A DNA stretch of 49,493 nt from Nemertoderma westbladi (taxonomy: Eukaryota > Animalia > Xenacoelomorpha): contig JAUCBJ010000793.1 of NCBI GenBank assembly GCA_032718475.1, positions 1 through 49,493 of the forward strand, in the 5' to 3' direction. A program made the translations under genes and the position numbers. The notes beneath the pieces were generated by a model, which saw only the letters and a list, made by a program, of their open reading frames with translations, was not told where the DNA came from and did no database searches. Positions 11,780 to 24,300 of the stretch are shown here, in pieces. Positions within the stretch are counted from its first letter, which is position 1. Each line of letters starts with the position of its first letter.

Positions 11780-13226
11780 ACATAGTTTATTGTTTTGGTT
11801 AGAAGGGCCCGCCTCTGTAACCTGCTCCTTTCCTTCATTTAGTAAAGTGACTGTTTATTGTTTTGGTTAGAAAATCCCGACAAATTTTGAATGTTTTGGC
11901 ATAGGCATGTTGAAATCAACTGTCTGACAGTCCAGAAATTATCAGTCTTGACAGTTTGAAGAAATACATACATAAAAAGTCATTAAAGGGACAACAAAAG
12001 TCATTATGCACAATTCGTAAAAAAAAGGAGGACAAAAAAAGTCAAATAAAAGGACATAAAAAATCACTGCCATATTATTCAGTGCTAAAACATTAGTCGC
12101 CTCGATCTATGTTTTAAGTCTATCAATATTGTGCGTATTTTTTACTTTGTATTTATAATTTAATTATGTGCACTGTTTTAGCATAGTTGATAGTCTCTCT
12201 CTTCTTAAATAAAATATATTATCGTATCTAAAAACGATTTGTATTAGTTTAAGAATTGAGAAGGGTTGCTGGAGTAGAAACCGCTAGATATGCGAGTCTA
12301 TCAGTCCGAAAACTTAGCTGTCCAGGATGAACATCATGTTCCACTTCACTATCCTTTTTCTCGACATATACGTAGTACAATAAGTTTAGTAAAGTGCAAT
12401 CAGATTTACATATCCTTGTTGCCTTGACGCCCGAACTTATATGCGATTATATTTTACAAGTATTGGAAGTTTATTATTAGGATAAATAGATAATTAATTA
12501 ATTATTATAAAATTGTGCTCTTTAATATTAATATTTTTCTAGGTATTGCTTCATTAGAACAGAATTTGCATTGGAATCCTTATTTTGGATAATTACTGTA
12601 TCTATAATCTCGTTATCTGTGCGGTGCTAATTTACCAATAAAATTTAGTAATTATCAATAAATATACTACTACTAAGGACATTCGGGTCAGGAATTTCCA
12701 CTGGCCCTTCTTATATTCAATTAATGCTATTTATTGAAATAAATTTATTATTAATGCAATATATTATTATAATGTTGGACAAATTGTTGAAACAAATTGT
12801 AAAATGGTTTAGGCGAGTGTCACTATATTATATACGGAATTCTTACCCAGAATACACCTTGTTGTGGTGGCATCTCCTTTTTAGTATTCATACTCGTGCT
12901 ATACTCACTCACTATCACACGGAATAAATACAAATTTAATTTAAATTATCTACAATACTCAAGTTTGACATGGAATGGAAAACATAATCCATCAGGAGGG
13001 ATATAATTCATCAGGAGCGCTAAAGTTAATGGACTTTCTAACCATAATGTTGCTTTGAGCGTTGGAATTACTAATTACGTCAATATAATTATGAGTTTAA
13101 GTACTGAATCTATTATTGGCAAAGCCATTTATACAGGTAAATTATTATCATTATTATTAGTTATTGATTATTGTCATCTCTATTTACTGTACTTGATAGA
13201 TTAATAATGAGGAAAATAACATAATC

Positions 13227-13705
13227 CTAGAAAATAACTCTCATAATTCTTCCCAGCGGTGAGTAATTATTATAATATTGCTGCTGCAAAGTCCCTCTCA
13301 CTACTATTTTTAATGGAATTGTTGATTGTACATTATTGCCAATTACTTGTAATATTCGACCTGCATAAATGTTAGTTTTAATATCATAATTTGTCCCCAA
13401 ATTTATGCACTCTGCGGTGACTTTCCGCATATATTCTCAGTATTAACTAAATAGTTTTAGTTATTAATATATAATAAATAGTATAAATACTTTTTGGTCC
13501 ATTTCTGAGTTGTTTCAGCTTTTATAAGACATAAATTCACCTGTTGTCACCCATACCCGATCTCAAGTGGCCAAGTTCCCCAGTGCTTAAATAAATGAGT
13601 GGGAAGCGGGGATGATGCCAATCGTAAAAGCAATATCTTCTCCATACATTTCAAGGAATTATTGGGGTATTTTGGCACACCGCAGTATTGATGGCCCATT
13701 TCGAT
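13227..13705 (-). pseudogene. Possible decayed exon pair of an unknown gene (duplicated at about 33524-34002)
   Basis: 165-nt segment 13541-13705 bounded by TTTTAG and GTGAAT; next acceptor TTATGCAG at 13361; splice phase consistent (VWVTT-G-RILQV). Three in-frame stops. Confidence 0.25.
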
Positions 13706-13722
13706 CTAAAATGTGCAAATCC

Positions 13723-14237
13723 TACTACTACTACTAGGTCGAGCGAACTCGGACAGTGGAAATGAGATCCTTCCAGGCTTCCCGATTCTCCATAGTTGTC
13801 GCAATTTCGTTTCTCCCAAGTTCAGAATCCCTTTCAAGTTGATCTATATATGTTATGGCCGGTCATTCACGACTACGCTTTCCATGAGTTGGTTGCCAGA
13901 AAAATAGATCTGGTATGACCTCGTCTTTACTTCGCCAGCAGTGCCCACTGAATCTTAATCTGCGTTCACGGAGGGTGGTTGATACAGGTGGTATTGTACC
14001 ATAAAGCTCGGCGTTTGTCATGTGTTGTCTCCAGCTGATGTTTAGGGCTGCCCTTAGTAGTCTTGTGTAGCAACCATCAATTCGTTGTTCAAGTGACTTA
14101 GTCAGTGTCCAGGTCTCACCCCCGTATAAAAATACACTTTCCACCCTGGAGAGATCTGATTTCCAGATGGTATCCATTTTTGATAGAGCTACCCAAGCCT
14201 TTGCTATCCTAACTTCTATGTCCTTTTTGCTACTCTG
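13723..14237 (-). mobile_element. 5'-truncated RTE-type LINE, chimeric, with (TAG)n tail
   Basis: RT C-terminus YGGETWTLTK...RRLRFSGHCWR. The left flank is the TSD of the 34020 copy and the right flank is the TSD of the 43742 copy. Confidence 0.92.
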
Positions 14238-14490
14238 TAGAAACTTAAGCCTATTACTACTTAGTAGCAGTAGTTACTTTCGAGAAAATATTTTTCATTG
14301 TACTTTCTCCTGATAAGCAGTTATCCAATGTGGCGCCTAACTATTTAACTTCCTTTTTATTTTCTATTTTATGTCCATTACTAGTGACTTCAAACTTAGT
14401 TACCTTCTTTAACTTTCTTTTGGAACCAAACAAAATACTTTCGGTTACCGTAGTGAATGGATAGCTTATTATCAACCAACCACTTATTAT
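14238..14490 (-). mobile_element. L2/CR1-group LINE RT fragment
   Basis: Matches the 44274..44528 translation TESTLFGSKRKLKK...EVKYLGATLDNCLSGE. Confidence 0.75.
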
Positions 14491-14504
14491 AGGATTCTAG
14501 AAAT

Positions 14505-14755
14505 ATATATAGTGAATATTATGCAGTATATATAGTGAATATGATTCATTATATATAGTGAATATTATGCAGTATATATAGTGAATATTATATAGTATAG
14601 TGAATATTATACAGTGTAATGAATATTACACAGTTAGTGAATATTACACAGTAGTGAATATTACACAGTAGTGAATATTACACAGTTAGTGAATATTACA
14701 CAGTTAGTGAATATTACACAGTAAGTGAATATTACACAGTTAGTGAATATTATAC
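14505..14755. repeat. Minisatellite with 16-22 bp units (AGTGAATATTACACAGT core)
   Basis: About 13 units here versus about 3 in the paralog at 44550-44602. Confidence 0.9.
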
Positions 14756-15482
14756 ATTTGGATTATATATATTTGTATTTATATATTTATATATTATATT
14801 TATATATTTGGAACCCCCTAATTGAGAATCATCTTACATTCTATGTAAGCTGACAAAAAATTAATTTATATTGACAATTTTACCTTAAAACATATAAGCC
14901 TACGAAAATCTCGTGTTCATGACTTATATTTTTGTAAAGTAAATGTCTAATTAATTAATATAAATGAAAACTAATGCACAATAATAATACATAATACTAA
15001 TACAACAATTATACACATGGTCTCTTGTTGTAATTTTTAATAATATGTTATAACTTCTGCTATCTAGCGTCATGGATAAAGAGTTCTGCCGATGACATGC
15101 GCATCCACAACGAGAAAAGATATTCTGCATGCCCCATGATCGGCCCAATAGATTCTGTCTGGATCCCAAGATTATATCTAGGTGGGCCTCATTGTTCGCG
15201 TTATTTTCATTCTGGCCCTGGGTACCCACCAATTTATAAACTCATTCCAAATGAAAATTCCAAATACACCCAGGCATGGTGGGCAACAAACTAGAAGTCA
15301 TAAAACCCAAAATTATTCGATTACGGGCTGTTTTCCGGGAAGGCTGACTATCAAATTGTCGGCTTTCCAAGGTTAAAAGGTGGCCCTGATATTCAAGGAA
15401 TCAAGTACTTGGCTTCAGGTAGAGATCCTGACAGCCTAGCATAGGCCGTGCGCCCGAGCCTAGAGCGAAGGGACAACCTATC

Positions 15483-15630
15483 CCCCAGTGGGTTCTTTTA
15501 CTGTGAGTAGTACGAGCCTGAAAAGGACTCGGAAACAAGCAGACCAGGAGGCCACGCAGTGGGAATTTGGTTTGAACTTCTCGGATTTCCCCAGTGGGTT
15601 CTTTTACTTGTGAGTAGTACGAGCCTGAAA
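15483..15630. repeat. 41/42-bp direct repeat pair abutting the Copia LTR
   Basis: CCCCAGTGGGTTCTTTTACT(T)GTGAGTAGTACGAGCCTGAAA at 15483-15523 and 15589-15630. Confidence 0.85.
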
Positions 15631-16062
15631 TGTTGAACCTAACTTCAGGCTTTATCTTTTATATCACTGTTATAATATAATAATACAAAACACAATTCAG
15701 CAATTCACTATTTCTGTTATACTTTATATTAATAGATATATATATATTTAATATATAATATATATAATAATAATAATAATAATAATATAATATATATATT
15801 TATTAGGCCTATACACTTGGGAGGCAGTATGCAGTATGGTACACACAACAAACACCTAAACTAACTAACCAACAGACTTCCAACCCAGTACCGGTACTTC
15901 AATAAAATATACAAATTACTTTCATTGTCCGTTAACTCTAACATTAGATATATTTTCTTTTCTTTCTGGAACTAATCATAATATGGTAAGTATCTTAATT
16001 AATACAACTTTCTCGATTTTTAATAAACGTAATATCACTAAAAATATTTAGATTGTTTAACA
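15631..16062 (-). repeat. 3' LTR of a Copia element
   Basis: Termini TGTTGAAC...GTTTAACA. A polypurine tract GGAAAAATAGGAAA on the minus strand immediately precedes 16062. Confidence 0.75.
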
Positions 16063-18060
16063 TTTCCTATTTTTCCGATTTTACTTTCTCCTTTCTCTTA
16101 TAAATGATGTTTTAGTTCATTTATTTCTGCATAATATGACCAATAAGTTCAAAACCATGGCGTTCTTTTGTTAAAACATCAGCTAAATTTTGTTTTGAAT
16201 CAATAATGTATAATTCAACGCCATCATTCATCATGGATTGTCGAATAGTTGCTAGTTCAACTTTCAAGCGCATTTCAGTAGCTTCATTTATAACTGTACG
16301 GAGGTTATCATATAGACCTTTACTATCTGTATATAGCTTGACAGTTTTTACGTCAATGTGTAATTCCTTTAGAAACGATTTAACAAACATCGAATGATCT
16401 ACACCTGAGCTGGCTGCCAAAAGCTCTGCCCCAAACGTTGACCGGCAAACCCGTTGAATGCGATTAGAATGCCATGTAAGCACATTAGTGCGATCAGAAG
16501 CTCCACTATCAGTAATAAAGTTTATAAGCCCAGCTTGTGAGCGAACATCTTCTAAGTTTGCAAAACCTGTATCAACATAAGTTTCAATCAAACAGTTGTT
16601 CAAATTAATAGGTTTACACAAAATTTCTACTGGTTCTAGTGACTTGCTTTGCGGAGTAGTTTATTAGCTGCCTTCACATGTTTCACTTTTATAGAGGTCG
16701 CATATCCAAGAAGTGCTGATACACCATAAAGAATATCAGCCGGGTAGAGTTTCCTGACCATTGCAATGATCTAAGTAATGATCGATATTGATGCCACATT
16801 CTTTAGCTGAATCCTGTAAATCAGATTCATTTTCTATTTTAACCGGCTGAACATTGTCTAAATAATTAGGCTGTGAATAAATTATGTCAAAATGATCATC
16901 ATAAGTGATTGTTTGAATCTGTAAACCAGTAAATGTGAAATTGTCACTCTTTTCAGTTCCAATCACTAATAACTTTTTAAGCTCCACAATCACATTCTGG
17001 TGAAAATCAGGTATACCACCATGTAAAATATCATCAACATGAATAACCATTATTCCAATAACAGGGCTATTCCTTATGAAATAATAGACAGCACTATCAC
17101 ATTTAGACCGCAACATTCCAAGGCCTTCCAAAATGCCATCTATCCTGTTGTACCACATGCATGGCGCATCAACCAACCCATAAGCACCCTTCAATAACTT
17201 CCAGTACTTATCAGTTTCAGCTTCTTTAGGTAGCTTTACATATACATCTCGTTGCCACTCATTGCCTTGTAAGAATGCTGCTTTTATATCCAATAAATGG
17301 GGTCTAAATCCTAAAGATGGCATGACTGATAAAACTACCTTCAAGGAATCACGATTTGCTGTTGGTGATTCAGTTTCTGGTATATGTTTATTGGTATCCT
17401 GAAAACCACGAATTACAAGTCTTGCTTTTTTGTAAATATTTCCTTCCATATCAACCTTCTCAGTAATAACCCATTTATTAGTGACCCATTCATATTTCTT
17501 CTAATTATTTAATTCACTTCGTTTTGCAGAATCCAAAGAGCCAATATCATTTGTTTCATATATATCATTAATTCCAAAGTGTTTTATAGGCTGAGTTATG
17601 CGCTTTTCTCGCACATTCTCAATAATACTGGAGTCTACTCTCATGTTCTCCAAATTCGAATCTGTACTGCTAATGTTACTAGTGGAAATAATATCATTTG
17701 CTGGTGAACTGTGATTTGGTCTCCCCACAAACTTGGAAGAATTATCACAAATTCCTGCATCCAAAACACTATCCTCTTTATCAATCTTAACATCATTCCT
17801 TGAAATAGCAGACCCTTCATTCGAGCGTCTTAGATGAGTTGAGTAAACTTTAACAATGGAGCCTCCATGTCGTACAAATATAACCTGCCCGCAGAGCCAA
17901 TAACAACTGCAGGACCGTGCCAACCTTTAGATCGTTTGCACGACCCATCTCTCCAGTAGAAAATGTCTTCTTTTGGAAAAAAAAAATGGTGCACCCGATG
18001 CATACAATCTCATGGATAAGGCTTTTTTTTATTTCGAACTTGCCTCAGACTCAGACTCAT
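15631..18060 (-). mobile_element. 5'-truncated Ty1/Copia retrotransposon (GalEa-like motifs), degenerate
   Basis: RT motifs KARLVIRGFQ, ESPTA, DIKAAFLQG, YGLVDAP and HVDD (16736-17449). RNase H motifs RVCRSTFGAE, TDSKGL and NLADVLTK (16121-16621). Integrase C-terminal remnant lies upstream of RT, which is the Copia order. Confidence 0.88.
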
Positions 18061-18254
18061 TATTACATTCGTGAAATTTTTTGGTAATTTTTAAAGTGTC
18101 ATCTGGGGTACGAATAAAACAAGTAGTCAAATATGTTAGTCAAAAATCACGTCAAGAGCTTCAGTTAATTCACATTTCGCCTCCTTTCTGTACATGACTT
18201 GAATTTGCACAACTCAATGCAATGATGTTGATGTTTGTTTTGTAGGCAGATACA

Positions 18255-18492
18255 GAATAACAAAACAAAGACTCAACACCCAATTATAAAGACCTGCATA
18301 ATCATCTAACATGTGTTAACTTTCGTTTATTGTTTTGGTTCCCCCAACATACCTCAGTAACGTGTTCCTTTACTAACCTGCTCCTTTAAATAGCAATGGG
18401 ACTTATCGCTCTTATGGATCTAACGCGACTTCACCTCTTTGTTTTATACAGAACAGGCAGTAAAGTCTTGGATCTTTGTTTTGTACTCAACC
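18255..18492. mobile_element. MITE with a 9-10 bp TSD (Mutator-like)
   Basis: GGCAGATACA duplicated at 18245-18254 and 18493-18502. Imperfect TIR containing ACAAAACAAAGA. Absent from the inverted paralog near 19880. Confidence 0.75.
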
Positions 18493-18798
18493 GGCAGATA
18501 CATGTTGGTGGTTTACAATTGCAATACAGCAGAGATAGAGAGAGAGAGGATATATTATGGAGCCGGTAGAACATACATCCAATCAGGTATTACCATATCC
18601 TCCTCATCTAACAGCCATCCCAGACCTATGGGAGAAGATACATTGATGATGGGTACTAAGCTTATATACGATTGGTAGTTGGCTCTGGATAGGTGTCTCT
18701 CTTTAAACAATATTTACAAGGTGGCAGCAAGGTTGACTCGATTTCTCCATGTTTTGAACAGAAAAGACGATACCGAAGCTCGTTCACGTCATTAACTT

Positions 18799-19103
18799 CA
18801 GGCCCGTAGCCAGGGGGGGTTCGTTGGTTCGAACGAACCGCCCTTTTGAGAAAAGTGCCCTTTTTTACGAACACATGTTTAAAATGCCCTTTTTATAATT
18901 ACCTTTTGGAAAAATATACTCCATTCAATTATATTCACATATTCGTAAAAGTGCTCTTTCCAGTAAAGCAAATATTAAAGTTACATTAGAAGCTAGAACA
19001 TTTCGTATCGGGCTTGGATATTTGTCATTATATAAAAAATTGAAAAAGTGCCCTTTTTTGGAAAAAATCGAACCACCCTTTTAAAATTCTGGCTATGGGC
19101 CTG
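18799..19103. mobile_element. 305-bp MITE with CAG termini and a 5-bp TSD (hAT-like)
   Basis: TIR CAGGCCCGTAGCCAG / CTGGCTATGGGCCTG. TSD AACTT at 18794-18798 and 19104-19108. Empty site visible in the paralog near 19565. Confidence 0.88.
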
Positions 19104-20720
19104 AACTTCTGACATTCATGTAAAGCAATAAGTATTATGCATAAGTCAGGTCCAAGATTAGCTGATATAGTGTTTATATTACAATGCGTTATTCTACTTA
19201 GAGATCCACACTTTTGATAAACCTGGCATTTCAGGACATTGTTTTCATCCCTTGTAATGTATTTGAGTTGGTTGAAGGTCATGATGGCATTGATTTGTGT
19301 CCATTTATTGCCGACCCCCTCATTATCATCTCGAATATGAATGTCACATACTTGATCCAGTCTTTGACGTTTGCTATTGGATACACCCTCCCCCCCCCCC
19401 CCCACCACCCCTTTCATTGAAACCTGCCTCTGCACTGATGTCTATATTATTCTTAACCCTCCAACACATGTTAATATTCATCATTGGCGAACATTGGCAA
19501 CTATCAGAATCGTATCTAGAGATTTAGAAAGTTTTATATGCCAATTATATCTCAGGTGGTCAGATATTAATGACGTGAACGTGCTTCAGTATCGTCTTTT
19601 AATCTCAAAAAGTGGAGAAATCGAGTCAACCTTGCTGCCACCTTGTAAGTATTGTTTATACACCTATATATCCAAAGCCAACTACCAAGCGTATATTTGG
19701 AAAAAAGTTTAGTATCCATCATCAATGTACCTTCTCCCATTATACTGTAGGTCTGTCTGTTAGATGAGGAGGATATGATAATACCTGATTGGATGCATGT
19801 TCTTCCAGCTCCATCATCAATCCTCTATCTCTCTCTATCTGCTGTATTGAAATTGTACTACGTCATGTAAACCACTAACGTATCTGCCTACAAAATAAAC
19901 TTCATTGCATTGAGTTGTACAAATTCAAGTAATGCACCAAATGGAAGGAGGCGGAATTGGAATGAACTGATGCACTTGACACCTCAGATGATGAAGATGA
20001 TTTCTAATACAGCAATAATTGTATCACATACATTACCTACTCGACTAAGAATACTCTATTTGCTCGGATGACATCATCACATACCAATTAAGAATACGTA
20101 CATAGGCCTACATAATTATCTATTTATTATTAAATAAAGAGTATTCAAAAATGTTATTATCGATGGAATCATCTTTGCAGAAATCATCTAGGAAAAATTA
20201 TGATGAACATATAAATTGAAGTGAATATACTAAAAGAACTAACCTCTCTTTTGTGGTAGGTGACAAGTCATTTGTTTGTGTCATATCTGAGTCATCTTTA
20301 ATTGCATCTGTAGTGGTAGTCATGGTAACCTGTGAAGGAGTGTTGTCGGAAATGCCATTTAGATGTCACTTGTTATTTTAAAGTGATTTGTAGTCACATC
20401 TTGATTGTTATTTATTGACATAATATTTGTTAAAGTTACTATTTTGAAACAGAGTGGAATGAGATTAAAATGATGAAAAATAAAAATATTTCAAACATGG
20501 GTATATCTTTGGAACCATATATCACCGTTATAACAAAACAGGTTTAGCTCTCAGTATAGCAAAATTTTCCAAAACTAATATTCAATAAAATGTGGCAATT
20601 TGTTTTTAAAATAATGGTATTGTTCTAGAATGGTAGCTATTTTTCTAAAACATGTCAATTTTCATTTAGCAGCGTTCCCATGGTAACAATAATTATATTC
20701 CAGAATTTTATGTCACATTT

Positions 20721-20995
20721 TGTCGTACATGTATCAACCAATTACTTGGTTGTAATGGAAAATGATCTTTTAATGTAAAACTTTACTGTTTTCTTGATAA
20801 TATAAATGTTAATTAATCTACACATATCCCGTCACCTCAATACTTCATATATCAAATTAATTATAGTATGAGTCGAACACATGTTGGCACATAAAGTGGT
20901 ACTGTAACTTGTATCATATTGTTTGCACAGTAAATCAATTAATGTAAGTGTGAGGTATGATCTCATAAGTGGATAAAATAATATATTGCACGACA
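20721..20995 (-). repeat. BEL-B 3' LTR
   Basis: TGTCGT...ACGACA termini. PPT AAGGGAGGAG adjacent at 20996-21005 (minus). Confidence 0.96.
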
Positions 20996-21305
20996 CTCCT
21001 CCCTTGCATATCATGCAAAATCTAAATCAATAAAATAATTACATAACACTACTGTACTGATATGATTTATCCCTCAACACAATAAATAAATTCTACAGTA
21101 CATAATTGTAAATTGAAAGTAATTTTCATTTACAGTACTACATAAACTTACATACGTTTCCGCTATATAAACAATAATCTTACTTACGTTTCCGATATAT
21201 AAACAATAACGCACTAGTATAATACTAGGTAGAACACACAAATATTCACTAAATATATAATAAAGTAACATAATCCAACTCGAGTTTGTTCAATACTGTA
21301 TGTAA

Positions 21306-24300
21306 TTATTTTGCATTGTAAAATCCTGGTTTTATTTTTCTCTTAGCCAAGCGTGAAAGACGAGAATTGTCAGTTATGATCGCTGTCTCATCGTTTGTTA
21401 TCTTATTGTCTACTGGAACTGGCTTGAGATTATCTTTATCTGGTTTAATAGTCGTGTCAGTTGGTTTGTCCGCTGTTATTTCCAATGGAATAACATGACG
21501 TATGGAACGACTAAGAAGTCTTGCTTCCCGACCTCTTTCAGCAACATTTACTGTTATTGCGCGAATAACTCCATCACGACTTACTATCAACTTGTTAACC
21601 ATACACAACTTCCAGAGACATCTTGGAAGTTTTTCATCAAGAAGTAAACACATATCTCCAACCTTAGGGATGATTGTGTTTCTGTTATAGTGATTTTGGG
21701 AACGATGGTGTTGCCGAAGTTCTGCGACGTATTCTTCACGAAATAATTTCCAATATAAATTGGACGCTCTTTCTTGATATTTAAGTCGATTTATAAGATT
21801 CGTTCGAGACAAATCTAGATTAATTGATTTTACGGTAGGGGATGGAAGTGCACAAAGTCTTTTTCCTACCAAGAAATGGCTGGGTGTCAATATCTGGTAA
21901 TTTTCTTTGCTGTCGCTATAAATAAAGGTTAGTGGTCTGCTATTAACAACTGCCTCACATGATGTAAGTACAGTACGAATTTCCTCTTCAGTTAAAACTG
22001 TTCTCCCTAACGTCTTGCGAAGAACTCCTTTGGTCACACCGACCAAACGCTCTATAAAGCCATATGCCGCCGGGTAGCGTTCTACATTAAATACCCATTT
22101 TGTTAAGAGTTCTCCAAACTCCTTGCGTACTATGTCACTGTCAAGAAATTTGTTATACAGTTTGATATCTGCTGCTGATCGTTTGAATGTAGAAGCATTG
22201 TCACTAAAAATTAATGCTGGAACTCCACGTCTTGCTATAAATCGCCGGAATGCACTGATAAATGCTGCAACACTTAAGCTGGTCACGAGTTCCAAGTGCA
22301 CTGCTCTTACTACGGCACAAGTGAACAGACATATATAAACCTTAAATGTTGAACCAATCGGATCGGAAAGAGATCTAACTGCCATCACTGGTCCTGCAAA
22401 ATCTATCCCGACATTAGTAAAGGGACTTGTGTCGATAGTCATGCGTTCAATGGGCAAAGGACTTGTTTCCTGTTTTGTATAAGGTCTGCCTTGTATTCTT
22501 TTACAGGTTACACAGTTTCGTAAAACATTCTTAATGACTTGACGCGCTCGGGGGATCCAATATCTTTCCCGTATTTGTACCAGCGTGTCTCTTACACGTG
22601 AATGCATAACTTTATGATGAGCATTTAAAATTACTAGCTTAGTGAAATGATCTTTCGGTGGGAGTAGTATTGGATTTTGAGCCTGCCATGTTAAGTATGG
22701 GGTCTGTGCTCTACCTTTGGAGCGTAATACACCTTGGTGGTCAATAAATAAGTTTAATTGCTTAATAATGTTTGGACATCGACCACGTTTCGGTTGTTGC
22801 AAGTATTCTAATTCTGGTTTATAATGTTCTAATTGTATCATTCGAAGTAGTGTAATTTCCGCTTGAGTCATTTCTTCTGCCGAAGGAACTACACTTAGGG
22901 AAAGCGGATGTTTGTGTATGCTTGCTCGAATGTTGCTCACAAACCTGAGCACCCACGCAAGCTTTCGTATAATTACAGTATGATTGCTATAATTGGAGTA
23001 TGGGAAACAATTGCTAATAACTTCATCGGGTGATTTAATGGTCGTAACAGCTACAATGGATGATTTGAATTCCTTTAGACAATCTTGGGATACCTCTATT
23101 GGATCTATAACTAATTTGTTCGGCCAAGTTTCCTCTTCTGCGCTTAAGAACTTTGGGCCATTGAACCAAGTAGTTGCCTTTATGAGTTGTTCTACTGTCA
23201 TACCTCTTGTGGGTAAGTCGGCCGGATTTTGTATTCCTGGACAAAACCGCCACTGTCCTTTCAATTGTTGAGTTAATGAACGTATCTCCGTAACCCTGGA
23301 TTGAACCCACTGTTTGCAGTTTGAACTAGTCGCTTTTATCCAGTAAATTACATCTACTGCATCTGACCACAAGTAAACTTTGCATGGTAATTTTAGACCT
23401 TGTTTGACAAATGTAATTAATCTTATCATAATGAGTGCTCCTAAGAGTTCGAGTCGTGGTGTACCCAAAGAGTTTCCGTTTTTTGGTACTGGGTTAACCT
23501 TTGCTTTCGATGCTAATAGTTTCACACTTGATGTGTTATCTGTGTAAGTTGTGCGAATATATGCCACACCTGCATAAATATATTTGCTAGCGTCTGAGAA
23601 TCCGTGTATTTCAAACGTAGCAATGTCTCTTGTAGTGTCAAATAGATATCGTGGCACAGTTATATTATTTATATGAGGTATATCTTCTAAACATTTCTTG
23701 AATACCTTAACCATATGATCTGGTAATGGGCTATTCCACTCTAAACTTACTTTAGTCTTACAAAGTTCTTGAAACATGACCTTAAATTGAGCCGTAAATG
23801 GTGAAAGTAAACCAAGAGGGTCGTACAACCTTGCTGAAAGTTGAAGAATGACTTTTTTTGTTAAAGGGAGAGTTGCAATAAAGTTATATACTGGCAAAAC
23901 GTCATAGCCAAGTGTATCTGTTGACAAATCCCAACATTGACCAAGCACGCGTCTTACAGTATTCGTTTGAGGTGGTGATAAACTGAGATTCGTTTTTGCA
24001 AATGATTGATCTTCCTCAATTATACTTTCTGCTGTGCGATTATTACAGTTGCTTGCCCTTTCTTCAACTGTATTAAACATTCTTTGTAACTCACAACTAT
24101 TTGTGGTCCACCGTCTAATTTTAAATCCCGCCCGTCCTAAAATAGATTTGCATGTTGTTTGCAACAATCTACCTTCTTCTACCGAATTGGCTCCTGAACA
24201 TAAATCGTCCACATGAATCTCACGCAACTTCTCAATAGCATCCCTTTCACTCTGTTGTAGATCCGTTCTTTCTGATTCAATGTCCAAATGGTGCTTTACA

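Larger units (their letters stand above)
11780..15190 (+). repeat. Segmental duplication: copy of 32110-45010 with an internal deletion of about 9.7 kb
   Basis: 11780-13870 is nearly identical to 32110-34170. 13900-15190 is nearly identical to 43917-45010. Confidence 0.93.
18150..19300 (-). mobile_element. AcademX-like DNA transposon remnant, inverted copy (XPG-like and C-terminal Cys-rich region)
   Basis: LGPDLCIILIALH and VNELRYRLFCSK...LLPPC. Reverse complement of 19555-19980 apart from two insertions. Confidence 0.65.

Noticed and set aside
12724-12927. Short AT-rich ORFs (also 32962..33300, 20832..21014, 27365..27565)
   Set aside because: Low-complexity or LTR-derived, with no motifs; repeated only because the DNA is duplicated.
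12985-13045. Hammerhead ribozyme (CTGATGA and GAAA on the minus strand)
   Set aside because: Flanking stems do not pair.
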